A DNA stretch of 62,863 nt, counting the filler, from Vannella sp. (Eukaryota), in NCBI GenBank assembly GCA_023345925.1. It is 7 parts of 7 records of this genome, joined end to end, with 100 filler letters (N's around TTAATTAATTAA, not from the genome) between each part and the next. Parts side by side here need not be neighbours in the genome. Positions count along the whole stretch, not along the records: positions 1 to 16,979 come from JAJQQN010000184.1; 6 more parts are not named here. The stretch is one strand, 5' to 3'. This document shows positions 1 to 14,000 of this stretch, piece by piece (position 1 is the first letter of the stretch; the number at the start of each line of letters is the position of its first letter). A program made the translations under genes and the position numbers. Below the pieces are notes generated by a model that searched no databases, was not told where the DNA came from, and saw only the letters and a program-made list of their open reading frames with translations.

Positions 1-2
1 TT

Positions 3-830
3 GCGTTTTTTGGCTTACAGAAGTCTACATGGGTTCCCTGGAGCTTTAAGAATCTCCGAGGCATCGGTGTGTGGCTTAAGCTGGCCATTCCTGGGATGCT
101 GATGTGCTGTGCGGAGTGGTGGGGGTTCGAAGCTCATATTTTCTTTGCTGGTGGGTTTGGAGTGGACTCTTTGGCTGCTATGACACTGCTGCTCAATGTG
201 CAGGCTTGCTTTTACACCTGTCCACTCAGCATCGCCATATCTGCCACGACAAAAGTGGGAAACGCAGTGGGCGCCGAGAACAAACCTCAACTCCGCCGAG
301 TTTCAGTTCTGTGCATCTGCTTGGTGCTAGTAGCTCAATCTTGTTTAGCAAGTATTCTCTATCTGACGCGCTATGAGTGGCCGCGTCTGTTTACTTCTGA
401 TGAAGGCATCATTGCCGTTCTTGTGAATGTTGTGCCGGTACTTTGTGCGTTCTCTTTACTGGATGCAACTCAAACTGTCATTGGAGGAATCTTGAGAGGA
501 GCAGGAAAGCCGATTGTAGGGGCCTGCACTTATATTATTGCTTACTATCCCGTGGCCATGAGCATTGGATTCAGTTTGGCCCTTGCTGGTGGTATGGGCT
601 TGAAAGGGCAATGGATTGGCATCGCTTGTGCTTCTCTTTTTTCCTTGCTGGTGCTTGGCACTTACTTTCTGTTCATGAGCTGGGACAAAGTCATGGAAGA
701 AGCGAAAGCTCGAATGCAGAAGCAGCCAACTGGAGGCGATTCCATCGCGGAAGAGGAACTCGCAGAGTTCCAAATCGACACCTTAGAACAGGATAGTTCT
801 CTGCCTTCTCCTTTTGTATCAATAAACTAA
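3..830 (+). CDS. MATE family efflux transporter, C-terminal half (5' partial)
   Basis: Frame open from window start; EWWGFE, SIAISATTKVGNAVGA, DATQTVIGGILRGAGK and GLKGQWIG motifs; multiple TM segments. Confidence 0.93.
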   Translation, partial: AFFGLQKSTWVPWSFKNLRGIGVWLKLAIPGMLMCCAEWWGFEAHIFFAGGFGVDSLAAMTLLLNVQACFYTCPLSIAISATTKVGNAVGAENKPQLRRVSVLCICLVLVAQSCLASILYLTRYEWPRLFTSDEGIIAVLVNVVPVLCAFSLLDATQTVIGGILRGAGKPIVGACTYIIAYYPVAMSIGFSLALAGGMGLKGQWIGIACASLFSLLVLGTYFLFMSWDKVMEEAKARMQKQPTGGDSIAEEELAEFQIDTLEQDSSLPSPFVSIN

Positions 831-1120
831 CCTAACTTAACTTGAAACGCCCGGCTGCCAGCCAAGGTGTCATCTTCTCTTCTGCCGCAGCACGTGGAGA
901 TGTCTCACAATAGATGCTTTTGGGTATGTTGAACACTTCTCAGAAGAGTCATCTCCAGAAGCATTCTTGTGAGGGACACGGAAGAACAAGATTTGAATGT
1001 GCTAAAGGAACAACATTCTATGAAGAGGACTAAGGGGAAGGGGAAGTGGAGGAGGTATATAATAACAATCTAGCAACTCCTATCTGCAGAGATGCAGTCC
1101 AGGGCCATAAGATAAGAGCA

Positions 1121-2821
1121 TTACATGGTGACGATACCCGAGAGAGCGTCCACTCGCACGTTCTTGGCCGCTGACACTTGCTCAATCATCTCCTCTGGCG
1201 GGCAAGCAATCTTCAGGAATGGGTGCTGTCACCACACTGTTACAAAGCGAGCTTTTGACGGTTATGGGAAAGAAGAGCTCACCTGAAGCAAAGTGTTGGC
1301 TTCGGGGCGGTCCGCAGGCTCTTGTACGAGACACAACCTCAGGAAGTCGTTCATATCCTCAGACCACTTCTCCGCGTTCTGAAGACCGGGAATGCCTTTG
1401 GTGGAGATGAGGAAAAGGGCACGAAGGGGCGGATAGTCCATGTACGGTGGTTCACCCTCCGCCATCTCCATCAGCATGATACCCAAACTCCAAATGTCGA
1501 CCTTGCAGTCGTACTCCGACCCTCGAATCAGCTCAGGCGCCATCCAGTAAGGTGTCTGAAAGGAGTCAGGCCCTGAATCTCCCTCATTCTGGTCTGCTAC
1601 GTACTCCCACGATTGTGTTACGCTTGGCACGACCTTTGGTAAGCTGTGCAGCGTAGCCAAAGTCAGCAATCTTGACCGAACCATCCCCTCCGATGAGGAT
1701 GTTGTCGCTCTTGATGTCACGGTGAATGCGATGGCAGCTGTGGATGTAACTAAGGCCAGACAGGACCTGACGACAAGTGAAGGCAATCTGTGCTTCAGTC
1801 AGCTGCACAGCCTCGAACTGGTCGAGGATCTCCGTCAAGCAACCGCCTCCCATCATCTCCATCGCCACCCAGATCTGGTCGTCGGCTACAAAGCTATCGT
1901 AGTAAGCGACAATAGCAGGGTGCTGACTCTCCTTCATGATGTAGATCTCTGTGACGAGCATCTTCATGTTCTGGGCACTCAAAGGCATCTTCTTGATGGC
2001 AATCTTCGCGCCTGTGGCCTTCACAGTTGCCACAAACACCTCTCCTGCCGCACTACTCGCACGTCAGCACTTCTTGGGAGCTCCTGTGGACCAGACGTAC
2101 CCTTCACCGATCTTCTTGATGTCCTTGTACAGCTCGAACGGGTCAGTCTTGTTGATAAAGTCATCTGCAAGGGTGTTAGAGGAGTCTAAGAGGAAGCTAG
2201 TGTTGGCTCTCTTACTCAGCGATACAGACTTCTCGTCTGGAACCTCTCCAGCAGAGATGGGCTCGGGCGCTTCGTTGAGAAACTTCTCGTTCTCTGCTTT
2301 GATGAACTTGGCTTGCGTCTCCAAGCAAGAGAGAACTGCGTCAGGTTTGGCAAGTACCTCTTCTTTGGTAATGACACCCGTCCCCAGGAGAGCGGCCCAG
2401 TCGTCAGGAAGACCGCGGAAACCAGAATCAGAGTCAAAGTCGACGTGTATCTGGTGTTGCACACTGAAAGGCTGGCTCACAATAGTGTCTTCCATCCAAG
2501 AGTCATCATACGGGTCATCGTACTCATCCTTCCCCGCTACAACATGGAACCCCAATAAGGTTAGCTGGTGTGTCATCCTTCTTCTCAGGCGTACGTTTGA
2601 ACATGGTTGTGAGACGCTTTCCTACGCCCGAAATCCACGACTTTCGCTTGTCTGGCTTCTCGCCCTTCTTAGGTCGAGAGGGCTTCGAGGTTCCTGACGA
2701 TTGTGGGGAAGCGGGCGTCTTCTCCTTTGGCGCAAACTTATCCCCAGCAGCGGGTTCTACTCTCATTTAACACCAGCAAGCTCTACAGTCCTTAGTACGT
2801 ACCCTTCTCCTCGTCACTCAT
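1121..2821 (-). CDS. PAK/STE20 family Ser/Thr kinase with CRIB domain (multi-exon)
   Basis: CRIB-like VSQPFSVQHQIHVDFD; kinase motifs KIGEG, AIKKM, HRDIKSDN, DFG, TPYWMAPE across exons joined by short GT-AG introns; ATG 2821 inferred from a 46 nt intron; stop TAA at 1121-1123. Confidence 0.92.
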
Positions 2822-2925
2822 GCAAAGGCGAAGAAGACACCAGAAAGTAACCAAGACTCGGATTGCAATTATGGGATGAGGGCGAGAGCTGACTTCGACT
2901 TATTTAATGCAAGAATTGCTATCAG

Positions 2926-4335
2926 ATGCTTTTTATTATTATTATGCCAGGAAGTTGGAGGAGAGGGTCCGGAAGCCCTCTTGGATGGCATCAGAGAGGC
3001 GTTTTGATCCCTCCAAGGCGAAGAGAGCCTTTGTTGGTCGTTCGAGAGGTGTGCTTTATGACCGTTCTGGTGATAGTGTGGATGGGGGTGTTGTGGATGG
3101 GTGAGCGCGGCCTGTTCTACAACGCTGTTTCTTCCTGCCGCCCTCCCGAACCTTTAACGGGCAGGTCAAGCGACGCTATTCAGATAGTGTTGATTGGAGA
3201 CCCGCAGCTTACTGATAGATATAGTTATAGCTTCTTGCAAGGGCCAGGAAGGGTCTTGGCAGGCGTGGTGGAGTTCTACAGCGACATTTTCATGCGCAAA
3301 GCCTTCCAGCTCCTTCAAGTGCATCACCAGTGGGATGCCATCTTCTTCATGGGAGACCTCCTTGACTCTGCAAAAGTCTTGAATGACGCTGAGTTCGAGG
3401 AGGAGTACAGACGCTTCGAATGGGTCTTTGCAGATGGTCCAAGAGCCATTCCCAAGTACAATTTGAGCGGGAACCACGACATTGGTTACGATATAGATCC
3501 AATACTTCAACAGACACTTGCTGAGCGGTTCCAAAGGCACTTTGGGCCACTCAATTACAAAGTCACTATCAAAGATGTGGATTTCCTCCTTCTAAGCGCT
3601 ATGACAGCCAACAGCTTGGTTCGTACAAGCTCTAATCTACTCCAAGAAACGTCAGCATTTGTGGAGGAGCTGAGAGAGGAACGAAGTCCCAAAGGAAGAG
3701 TTCTCTTGCACCACATTCCCCTTTGGAGGCCAGAAGGTAGTGATTGTGGAGAGCTGCGAGAGCGTAGTGTTGCTCTGAAAGACCACAACGGCTACTCTTA
3801 CACTAACATGCTCCCGAGGAATCTATCCCAGAGACTTTTAGAGGCAATCAAGCCTTTCCTGACTTTCAGTGGGGACGACCACGACTACTGCAAGAGGCAG
3901 CACTCTCCCACAACGGTCGAGGTTTGTTCCTCTCTTCATCTCATGATCAATCGGACTCATCCAGTCTAGTATACTATTGGTACCTTCAGTTGGCTTCAAG
4001 GGAATGTCCATCCCAGCTTTGCAATGGCAACAATTGTGCCTTCTGGAAGGCCAGGAGTCCACCCACAAGTCCAATTTGGAGTTTGCTATCTTCCTAATCA
4101 GCAGCGTATCTACCAGGTTTACGCTCTGCTTGGCGTTGCCACTATCGCCCTTGTATTGGTTGGACCATTCCAAAGGCAAAGAAGAAGTGCTCTGGGACCA
4201 GTCCATCTCTCTCACAGCTCTTCCAAAGCAATAAGATTGCTCCTCAAACAAAAAGGCGCAGCATTGGTCAAGATAGCGCCTTGTGTTCTCTTCGTTCTGT
4301 GCTTCTACATTCTTCTCTTGTGGATGGCAACATAA
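2926..4335 (+). CDS. MPPE1/Cdc1/PGAP5-like metallophosphoesterase (GPI remodelling)
   Basis: GDPQL, GDLLD, GNHDIG, HIPL and SGDDHDYC motifs; N- and C-terminal TM helices; intron at ~3922-3970; start could be 2944. Confidence 0.88.
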
Positions 4336-4383
4336 ATCAGACTAGACTGACTGTACAGATGTTTATCCAGGCCCCCTTCCTAG

Positions 4384-7300
4384 TTAAGTACACATCTTCA
4401 GGAATCCATCTAAAAATCCAAAGTGAGTGCCTTCCCTTCAAAGGGAAGGGGGCTCTTACCCTCAGTCCCCAAGACAAAGAAGCGGTGATGCGATAACGCG
4501 TGCATTGCCGTTATTCGGTCTGTCTTGGAGTTTTGGAGTTTTGAGGGATTCACCTGCATGAAACCTCCTTCGTGGTAAAGTGGGACAATTGCCACTTTCG
4601 CGGCGCTTGCGGCCAAAAGGCTTCCTCCCATTTGAGCAAAGTTAGCTGCTGGTTCTGTAAAACCTTTGAGTTTGAGGGAGAGAGTGGGCTCCATTCCTTT
4701 CATGTCCCACTTGCAGACTGTCTTGTCAGTCGAGGATGTGAGAAGAGACTCTCCAAAGGTCTCAACTTTCAGAATGGACGAATCGTGAGCCTTCCACTGA
4801 TGCAGTATCTGTCCTGTCCTAAGATCCAGCCCTGCAATGACGCCTGTGTCACTTCCGATGAAGAGATATCTGATATGGACCATCTTATGAGCTTCAAGTT
4901 GTAAGTTAGAGGAAACTTACTTGGCATCCTCGGACACATTAAATCCTTTTACAGCTGCAAAGGGAAGTACCCATTCTTGAGCAATTCTACCGCTATCGAT
5001 GTCTATGATGCTGCATTACAACAGTTAATTTCCACATCAAGTTCCACTCTCATCTCAGGTTCATACCAGAATCGATTTGAATGAGTTGAAACCGCTAATG
5101 TGGCGCTGTCGTCAATATTCTTAATTGCTTTGTAAGAGTGGGAATGTTGCAGATGAATGATGGGCTGTTGTGTCATGGGATCCCACACCTTCATCTGCGT
5201 CAGAAATAATGTTCGACGCCAATTGGGAACAAGGGAGCTTACATGGAGATTTTGGTCGCACGACGCAATCATTCTTCCTCTGTCAGCAAAGCAAACCGAA
5301 TGAACGGGTCTCTTGTGCTTCTGATAGGTATATTTGAAGCGCAATGTTCTGTCCAGAGCCCAGAGCTTGACAGTACTGTCATAGGACCCTGTCACAATCA
5401 GAGACTCTGTCTCATTCACGTCAAGTGTCTTCACAACATTTGTGTGTGCCTTTTGCACATGACAAACTGCTCCATTCCAAGTGTTTGACGCAGAAGATTC
5501 AGGAATAGATCTCAGAAGCCAATTGGGATCCAGCGGCACACGAGAGCCGCGCAATAAGGTATTGTCTTCTTTGGACGTATCTAAAGTCAGTCTTTCTGAC
5601 TTAACCTTGGAAATAAGGCCAGAACTGTCTGACTTTTGCATGGTGGATTGGATCGGGCTGAAGTCATCACTCGAAAGGTTTTCGTAGTAAGTATTTAAGC
5701 GGCTGTCTTGGCGCATTACCGCTTGGATCTGTTCGACATTGCTAATTTCTTCATCTAGTTTTTGCTTTCCGATAAGCAGAGCGAATTGGTAGTACAGAGT
5801 AGCAGTCATCTCGTTGGTGTAGATTTGCTTGAGAGAATTAGAGCCATTTGAAGCGACAAGATGGGACCACTGGCAGAAGTATTGATCCAAGTAAGGCAGC
5901 AATCGCTCTGCTGTTGATTCTGGACCAATGTGATAGGCGATTTTTACCAAAGTCCCAATCAGCACCTGTAGGACTGTGGGGGTGCTCGAGTTCAATAAGA
6001 GAACTAGCAGTTGATTAGAGTCCTGCACAAATCCCTTCAGAACTTCCAAAGAGTTAGGCACCGAAGTAGACAAGATAAGGGACAGACTCACTAGCTTGAG
6101 GGGAAAGATGAGATAAGAGCCCTTCAATCAAGGAAAGAGCGGCAAGAAGGACTTGTTCGCCTTGTGCAGACTTAATGGAATGAGTGCGAATCGTCTTCAT
6201 GATTTTGGGGATATAATGCTCCTCCACGACGACCACTCCAACGCGTTCAATGAGTTCTAGGAGGATTCGGACCGTGCGATCTTGCGGGGGTTTGTTCAAC
6301 TGAAGAATAAGGGGATGAATGATCTTTTGGACCGTTAGCGCAAGAGGAATGCGAAGCCCCAGATACTTGAGGCTCTCTGTAGCACGTTCAGCAATAAGCG
6401 TAGCAGTAGAGCTCAAGGCCTCAATAAGGTGGGTGATTAAAGGAACCACAAAGCTGACGCCCAAATATCGGAGGACAGTCGCGAAGCATTGCCGGCTCAA
6501 AAGGAAATACCTCAGATCCTCTGGTCCTTCCAACTCGTACAAAGTGAGAACTTGAGGAGCCAAGATCTTCCTTGATTGGTAACGCCCAAGTTTGGCCAAG
6601 AACGGTTCAAGGAAAAGGAAGACCTTGTCTTGAGTCTCTGGCAGACGGAAGAAAGGCAAGATAACCTCCAAAATGATCATGAATGCATCCATTGGTAGTG
6701 CACACACCAGCTCCAGGTTATTCAGGAAGAATTGGAAGCGTTCTAGAGGACTCTCTGCTTAACGGATTAGAAAAGGGAGGTAGGAAGAAGACTAGTCCTA
6801 CCAAATGAATAGAAACCCACAAAGAAAGCGTAGAGATCCTCAAAGTAGGAAGGGAATATCTGAGTTGCCAACAACTCGTCCAAAGGAAGTCTGTTCGACG
6901 GCAAAGGGTCAATCAGGAGGCGGACTAACTCAGCTAGATAGCCAGGAAGAGAGGAAAGGTCAGGCTGGAACTCGTTAAGGCGGTAATTCTGGATAGTTTG
7001 GAAGTTAAACAGGGGCTGACCCGAATAGATCTCTCCGATTATACATCCCACACTAAAGAGGTCCGCCGCCATCAATTCTTCAGCCGCAGTGAGTTCAATC
7101 GGGTCAAATTCTGGCTCCATGGCACTGCCAATAACACGTCAGCTTTCTTCATTTGTTTGAACCTGAAAAGGGAGAGCGGATCCTTACCAGTAGCAAGGAG
7201 CGATAGACTTCAGGCTCTCCGTAAAGTGAATTGAACTTTCATACTGATTGCCCCCAATCCAGGACTGTTCTGCAACAGTAGATTTACCCTCGTAGTCCTC

Positions 7301-9113
7301 AATGAGTGAAGAGGGCTTGGTTTCCTTTTGGAAACATTAGTATCCAAGAGTATAGACTCTAACGCAAACTGCTTACCTTTTGTGGATTGCCAGGAGTGAT
7401 ATTGGAGAGTCCGGAAAATGCTGCTGCGGGTTTGAAGGCTGAGTTTCGAGGAGGATGAGGCTTCTTGAACAACTGAACAAACCCGTGCGAGCGGGGATTC
7501 CGGTCTCCCATGAGAGCCACATTCTTCGCAGCAACAGCAGCTTCCCCGCTCAGCGCATATCCGAAAGTCAAATCGATCCAATGATGAATAGAAGCCGACA
7601 CTTCAGCACTCTCCAAGACAGAACGATGCTGAGCAATGAAGTCTTCGGGTGAGGCTGCCCAAGAAGGGATTTTCAGATCTGGCATGTCACTATGGATAGA
7701 GTGGAAGATGGAAGGATCTGTGTAAAATTGGGGAATACACTCATCCGGTGTCCACTGATAGAGGCGCTGCATCGTCGCAGGAAACTCTTTTGGCTCATAT
7801 TTGGCGCGAACATACTTCATGAGGAGCTCTTTGGAGGTCTTACGAGCCAGATAGTTGTAATACGTCAGTTCTGACAAGCAGTCTGTGATATGATGAGGAG
7901 GATCACTTGCAAACGTGTAATCCAACTGCTCGTCACCTTTTGCCAACCGGTATTTGGTTTTTGTGAGGTCCCGGAGTTTCCCCGCCCGTTCAGTAAAGTC
8001 CATGACCCACGGAAGAACCGGACAATAGTTCGGGTCTCCACTGCGGCGCTGAGCGAGAAGATTGATGCCCATAATGTACTCAAAGTTACTGACTTCGCCC
8101 TTTTGCCATCGAGAGAACAGAGAGCCTATCTGACCTTCAACATGGTTCGAATCTATCTCCTCTGACGTCAAGAAAGGAACGGTTCGGGGCAAATGGAAGC
8201 CAGTTAAGGAGAGCCAAATGGTCTCGTTGGCCAGAATGTTGTTTGGAGTCAGATTGCCATGAATGAGGCCCTGCTGGTGGGCGAACTGTAGGGAACGGGC
8301 TATCTGATAGACTATAAAGAGAGTGGGGATCTCCTCCTTGAACAAAGCGCTCGAGAACTTGAGAAGGTCAGCCAAAGTGAACGGGACCCACTCGTAGATC
8401 AACAGATCGCCCTCTTCTGCTTCCACAACCTTCAGTAGACGAGAGAAAGAAGGGTGGTGAAGTTCCCAAGGCCGTGTGTGACTCAGAGGCATCAAAAGAG
8501 GAAGACTGTGGATGGAAGGGAAGACTAAGTTGGCCACTGCTCGCTCCTTCCCTTTCAAAGCAAACGCTTTGGTGTCTCCTGGTTTCCAGGCTGACGTTCC
8601 TCGATCTATGGTGAGTCTCCGTACAGCAGAGGTGGAGATAGAGCTTGTGGAAGTATCCGGGTCAGAACAAACGATAAGACAGCGATGTCGGTGACGTAGC
8701 TCCTCGTAGAACCACTTGAGCACTGGTTCATCTTCGTCTCCATCTTGCTCTGGACGCTGGGCTGCCGGCAAGACCAAGGCAATGTGTTTCTCGGGCAAGA
8801 GAGCCTCCCAATCGCCCATTCCCGCTCTGCTTCGGCTACTCTGAGACACAGAACCAGACACAAGGGCTCCTTCTTCCTGGCTCTGCTTTGGTAGGAAGCG
8901 AACAACAACAGGGAAGCTCTCCTCCCCCGTCGCAGTCACCGAAGGGATCTCCTTCACCACGAGCTCCTTCGAGTACAGGAAGCTCCGCACACCCTCTGGC
9001 ACGTGACACAACACTGTTGCACGAGCCTTTCCACTCAACGCTTGGCTCACCTCCCAGCCTAAAGCCTTTCGGACTGTTTGGGAGGTCGCCTCCATCGCCG
9101 CGCCTTCAAACAA
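4384..9113 (-). CDS. WDR81-like protein (pseudokinase-like + BEACH + kinase-like + WD40), multi-exon
   Basis: BEACH motifs WQKGEVSNFEY, PVLPWVMDF, RDLTKTKYRLAKGDEQLD, WTPDECIPQFY, HHWIDLTFG; kinase-like HGNLTPNNIL and DLFSVGC; C-terminal WD40 repeats. Confidence 0.88.
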
Positions 9114-9171
9114 TGAGGAGAGCCGGTGCCTGGGCTTCCGGATAGTGCGAGTGCTTTACAACGAAGGTAGT

Positions 9172-10933
9172 TTACATGTTGGGGCGCTTCTGGGCTCTCT
9201 GGCGTGAGAGGAGCCGATCGGGAGGTTTGTCGGGAAGAGGAGGTCTGTTGGTGGCTGCTGGAGAGCTGGGAGGAGAGTTATCACTTGATATACTCTTCTT
9301 TCTATCCCGGAAGCCCACAGGAGTGGCCGGAGGAGGTCTATCTGGAGGGGCTGAACTCGTCCGGAAAGTCCGGGAGACTCGTTGAGAGTCAGGAGGAGGA
9401 GAGTTGAGCGGCTGTTCAAGTGACAAAAGGCTTTCCTTCTTTTCAGGTCCCTTTGAGGTCCCCTGCGGCAAGCGAGAATGGTCCATCGAACCGGTTTTCT
9501 GTTCCGAAAGGGGAGAAACTCGTTCCAAAGGAGGCAAGAAGCTTCTTCCTTCAGAGACCATGATAGAGAGAGGTCGAAATCGCCCTTGGAAGCGGGAATC
9601 GACCATTGTGGGGTCGGTAAGTTGGTTTGAAAGGCGCTGCGATGAAGAAGAGGAGATGGGAGGGACGGAGTAGATGGTTTGTGTGTTTGGTATTCGCATA
9701 GCGACTCTCATCCTTGCGTGTATATTTTGGGGGAGAAGTCTCGTCTCCAGCCTGGGCGAAGAAGGCGCACAAGAATCACTCAACATCTTCTCGTTACTAA
9801 CCTCAGGAGTCTGAGGAGCAGCGTTCGTTCTGTGAATTGGACTTTCTATCTTTGCAGTATTTGAGTTAGAAGGGAGAATCTCACCTTGAAGAGCGCAGTC
9901 ACTATTCAAGTGAGACTCTTCGTCCACTTTAAAATGGAGTGTTTGTCCTCGTCTTTCGTGCTCAGCGATAGAATCACAGTTAAGAGAGTCCCATATTTCT
10001 CTGCGTCGCTTTCTTATCCTTTGTGGCTTGAAGTTACCCAAAAAGGAAGAAGAAAAAGAGACTTCAAATAGTTTGCTAACGTCCACCTCGCTGCCCATGT
10101 CACTGAGCATCAAGTACAAGCTTTCAAACGATTTCTCTTTGCATATGGCCTTCTCGTTGATCTTGAAGATGCCCAGGGCGATCCGTAAGAGAGATTGCGA
10201 GCCGTGGCTGAAGAGAATGTCGAGGACGCGAAGGGCCCCATCCAGTGGAATGATGTTCACGAACAAGGACATGAACCAGGCAGTCACCAAACCCGCTAAG
10301 TTGACTTCCATCTTGACCAGATGAGCGTGAACCTTCGGGAGGCGCTCTTCAAGAAGCTCCTCGAACAGCTTCTGATCCGCTCGGACTCCTATCATCGTAT
10401 TTGTGTAGTAATCTGAAGGCAATACGTCTTCGATCATCACCCGTAGCAGCCAGAAGGCTTCCTCTTCGTCCATGAAGAGGAGAAACAAGGCTGCGATGAA
10501 GTTCATCGACTGGCAGTACCCCACCTCAGGATTCAGCCATGAGTAGATCACCAGAACCCTTCTGAGTGTTGAGATACCCTCGTCAGACTCGAAGACTTCG
10601 TGGTCGGGGAAGGTTCGCCTCAAATCCTTCTCAATCTGGATGGTGTACTCTGATACATGGTCCTGGAAGGCATTCATGAGCCTCACATAGCTTGTAGATC
10701 CCTCTCTCTTCTGTTTCGTCCTCCCTAGAAAGCACCACACCTGCCGTCACTGAGTTCGTCGTCATGAAAGAAGGCGGAAAGGCCCATACCTTGCCACGTA
10801 GAGAAGTAGGGACTCCCTCTTGTAGAATCAGATCAACCAGACGAGCTCTAAACTCTGGGCTCTCATCCTCCGCCTCCACCGAGAACAAAGCGCTCTCCCA
10901 CGTCAGGCGACTTCCTTTGCCGCGTTTGTCCAT
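9172..10933 (-). CDS. TBC-domain Rab GTPase-activating protein
   Basis: GVPTSLRGKVW, QIEKDLRRTFP (Arg finger), GYCQSMNF (Gln finger); low-complexity Ser/Pro tail; start uncertain. Confidence 0.92.
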
Positions 10934-11090
10934 CCGCTTCGCTCCCTTTCCCCCCACAGCTCCTTGCAAGCTCCAGGAGGCATCTCGCTCCTCCCTACAC
11001 AACCGATCAGTCCATCACCGAAGCAGCCAACCCACAAGACCACCACGCACCCGTCCATCCCACCAAGCCACCAAAAAGTGACCAAAACCT

Positions 11091-14000
11091 CTATTTTCGG
11101 AGCCCAAACTCGGTTTGGAGGGCGCCAAAGGTGCATGTAGGGCAGGAGTGGCTCACAGGACTCTGCGAGTAGTTAGCCCAGATGAGTTTGCCACTTTTGG
11201 AGACGTTGGACTGGCTGACGCCGAGGATGAGTTCGACTAGCTTGCTTTCGAGGACGTCTTTGGTGAAGGAATGTCCGCAGGAGAAGGCCATCGTGTCCTG
11301 AGGGAGGAGGGGTGAGTAAGGAAGGAGATGGGAAGAGCAGAACGCACGTTGTACTCGGATTGGAGTTTGTGGCGGCGTTGTTCGGCCTCTCCCATACGCA
11401 AGGCCAACACGCTGTCCCTGCTGATGAGCAGTTGGTCTCTTTGCTCCTTTTCCTTCTCCAAGTTGCGAATGACTTGGTCCCAAACTTCCTCCTCGGAAAT
11501 GAGTTTGGCTGGAAGAGAGTTAAGTCAGTTAGTCACTCAGTCACTCAGAAGGAGGTCCAAAGAGACAAGAAGGAGCTTACTTGCTAAGGGACTGAACTTC
11601 TTAAAGTTGTCCAAACACTGTTGGGTCACTTGAAGGAAGACACGAGAAGAGAATGGCATCTGAGGAGGCGGTTTCATCTGAATCATCTCGTAAAGAGCAT
11701 CGGAAAGATACTCTAAGTGGGACAGCAAGTGTTCCTCCAAGAGTTCCATCGAAAGGCTGTTCTTGCACCAAAAGTCCGAGAGAATGAGGATCATGTGAGT
11801 GGCCTCGTTCAGGGAAACTTGGTTCTCTTTGTGAATGCGCGAATGATAATCAAAGATGCGACTTGTCTCGGCTTCTCCTGTTTCTGGGGCAAAGGCTGTC
11901 TGAATAGTGCACTTCAATGCTGCTGCCCAATCTTTCAGTGATAAATAGATAACAGCTGCAGCGTCCCAATTGCGATAATCTTGGCATTGCTTGAGGACAG
12001 TGGTTGGCCTGTAATGGCGGAACTTCTTCTCTAAAGTCTCTTCCAAGAGCTGTTGATAATGGCAATGAGCGAGGGTCGCATCTTCTTCGTTGATTTGCTT
12101 CATCCGGAGGCTGTCTGTTAACACTCGGAAACTACGGCGATTCAGTATTCAGCTGCCTCAAGGATGAGCCTCCTGACTCACCTCTTCGTCTCCTTAATCT
12201 CCTGTAGAACAGGAGATGTAGATGGAGCTTGGTTCGTGTTGCCCATGCGCGTGCCCCAAACGTACAATTCCTTGTTTTCTGCTCATCTGGTGAGCATTTC
12301 GAATTAAAGTTGAGCTTTGCTTACTTGTTACTACGGCACAGAATCCATCTGCACAGTCAATTTGCTGTACGGGAATGTCCTCAAAGAAAGGGAGAAGTGT
12401 AGGAGTATGCACTTCTTCGTCACAAGAGTCGCCAAGTCCTAATTGACCATTCTTGTGCGATCCCCAGACAAAGACCGCTCCTTTTTCTGTCAACGCAACG
12501 CTCTGCCAGTAACCAGCGTTCACATCAACAATACGCTTGAGGACAAACTCGTTCACAAGCTGAGGCGAGTTTTGGTTATCCTTGGTGCCCAAACCCAGCT
12601 TGCCGTGAGTGCCACGTCCCCACGTGTACAAGTTATGAAGATCTACCAAGGTTAGGACCCTCCCTTGCTGAGACTGGGAACTCACCAGTAATTGCTAACG
12701 TGTGGAAGTAGCCGCAAGCTATCTTCTTGATGTTCTTCTTATGAAGGGAATCAACCATCTTGGGAATGAAGAGATCTTTGTCGTTGCCATGACCAAGTTG
12801 GCCAAAGTTGCCATTGCCCCAAGAGTAAACCTCTGCAATACACTGAGAAGGAGAGAAAGAGAAACAAGGAGCGCCTTACCTCCATGAATAGTCCGGACAA
12901 CAGTGTGAGCCCACCCGCACGCCACTTCGGCACCGCTATCGATACCCCGGACAAGCATGGGAGACAGCTGAAGGCCAAGGCCCTTGCCATTGCCAAGAAT
13001 ACCTTCACCAAAGGTGTAAACCTCGCCTTCCATGGTCAGCACCACAGAGTGATGGAATCCGCAAGCCAATTGAGCCACTTCGACTTCCAACTTCTCAAAA
13101 GCTTGAATCAGCTTTGGTTCCCAAACGGTTTCTTTGTCACCGTGGCCCAGCTGTCCCAAATTGCCTTTGCCCCAGCTGTAAATCTGGTCGTTCTCTAGAC
13201 AGCTTATCAGTGGGCTACAGTGTTGATGAAAGTGATCTTACTCGTGCTTGCCAGAGTGTATTCTCCTCCACAGGCGATATCAGTGATCTTCTTTCCATCC
13301 AGAGCAGTGATAAGGACAGGAGTCTCTATTTCTCCAACGGATTTGTTTCCAATCCCCAATTGGCCGCTTTGGTTGGATCCCCAAGTGTACAGCTCACCTG
13401 AATCGGTGATAACAGCAAGGTGGTTACACCCACAGCTGACTTTGACAACACTGCGCGCTTCAACATTCTCCTGTAGCCACGAAGACTTGTTCAAAGTTTC
13501 CATTCGCGAAGGAGTTTGAAGAGTAGGAGGGTCTACAGGCGCGGCAGGTTTCGTTTCAGAAGCCTCTTCGTCTCCTTTCCTGCGCAGGCGGAAGCAGAGA
13601 CAAAGCAATACTATCAAGAAGAGCTCAGTGGCATCCTGTGATGTAGCAATGTACCGGCTATCATTGACAGAAACCTGGTCGTAGCTGAGGCGTGCAGTGG
13701 AGGACTGCTTCCCGGTGGTCTCAGAAGTATCAAACCCGATGCTGCGGAAACGTTGGCCGAATGGATCAAAGATGCTCACCATTTCTTCCAGCTTGCCTCT
13801 GGAGATAAGCGGTACACTGTTGACTAGCGTCCGTACATTGTTACGAATGAACTTGTCATCCTGAAGAATCATTTCCACCTGTCTGTCAGCCGAAAAGGAC
13901 CTGAATAGAGGCGAGTTGAAGACAACTTGTTGGCTTCCGATCATTTGCTCAGAATCCTTAAGAATAGGAAGGAGCCGATCGACCAAAGAGGAGCTGAGGT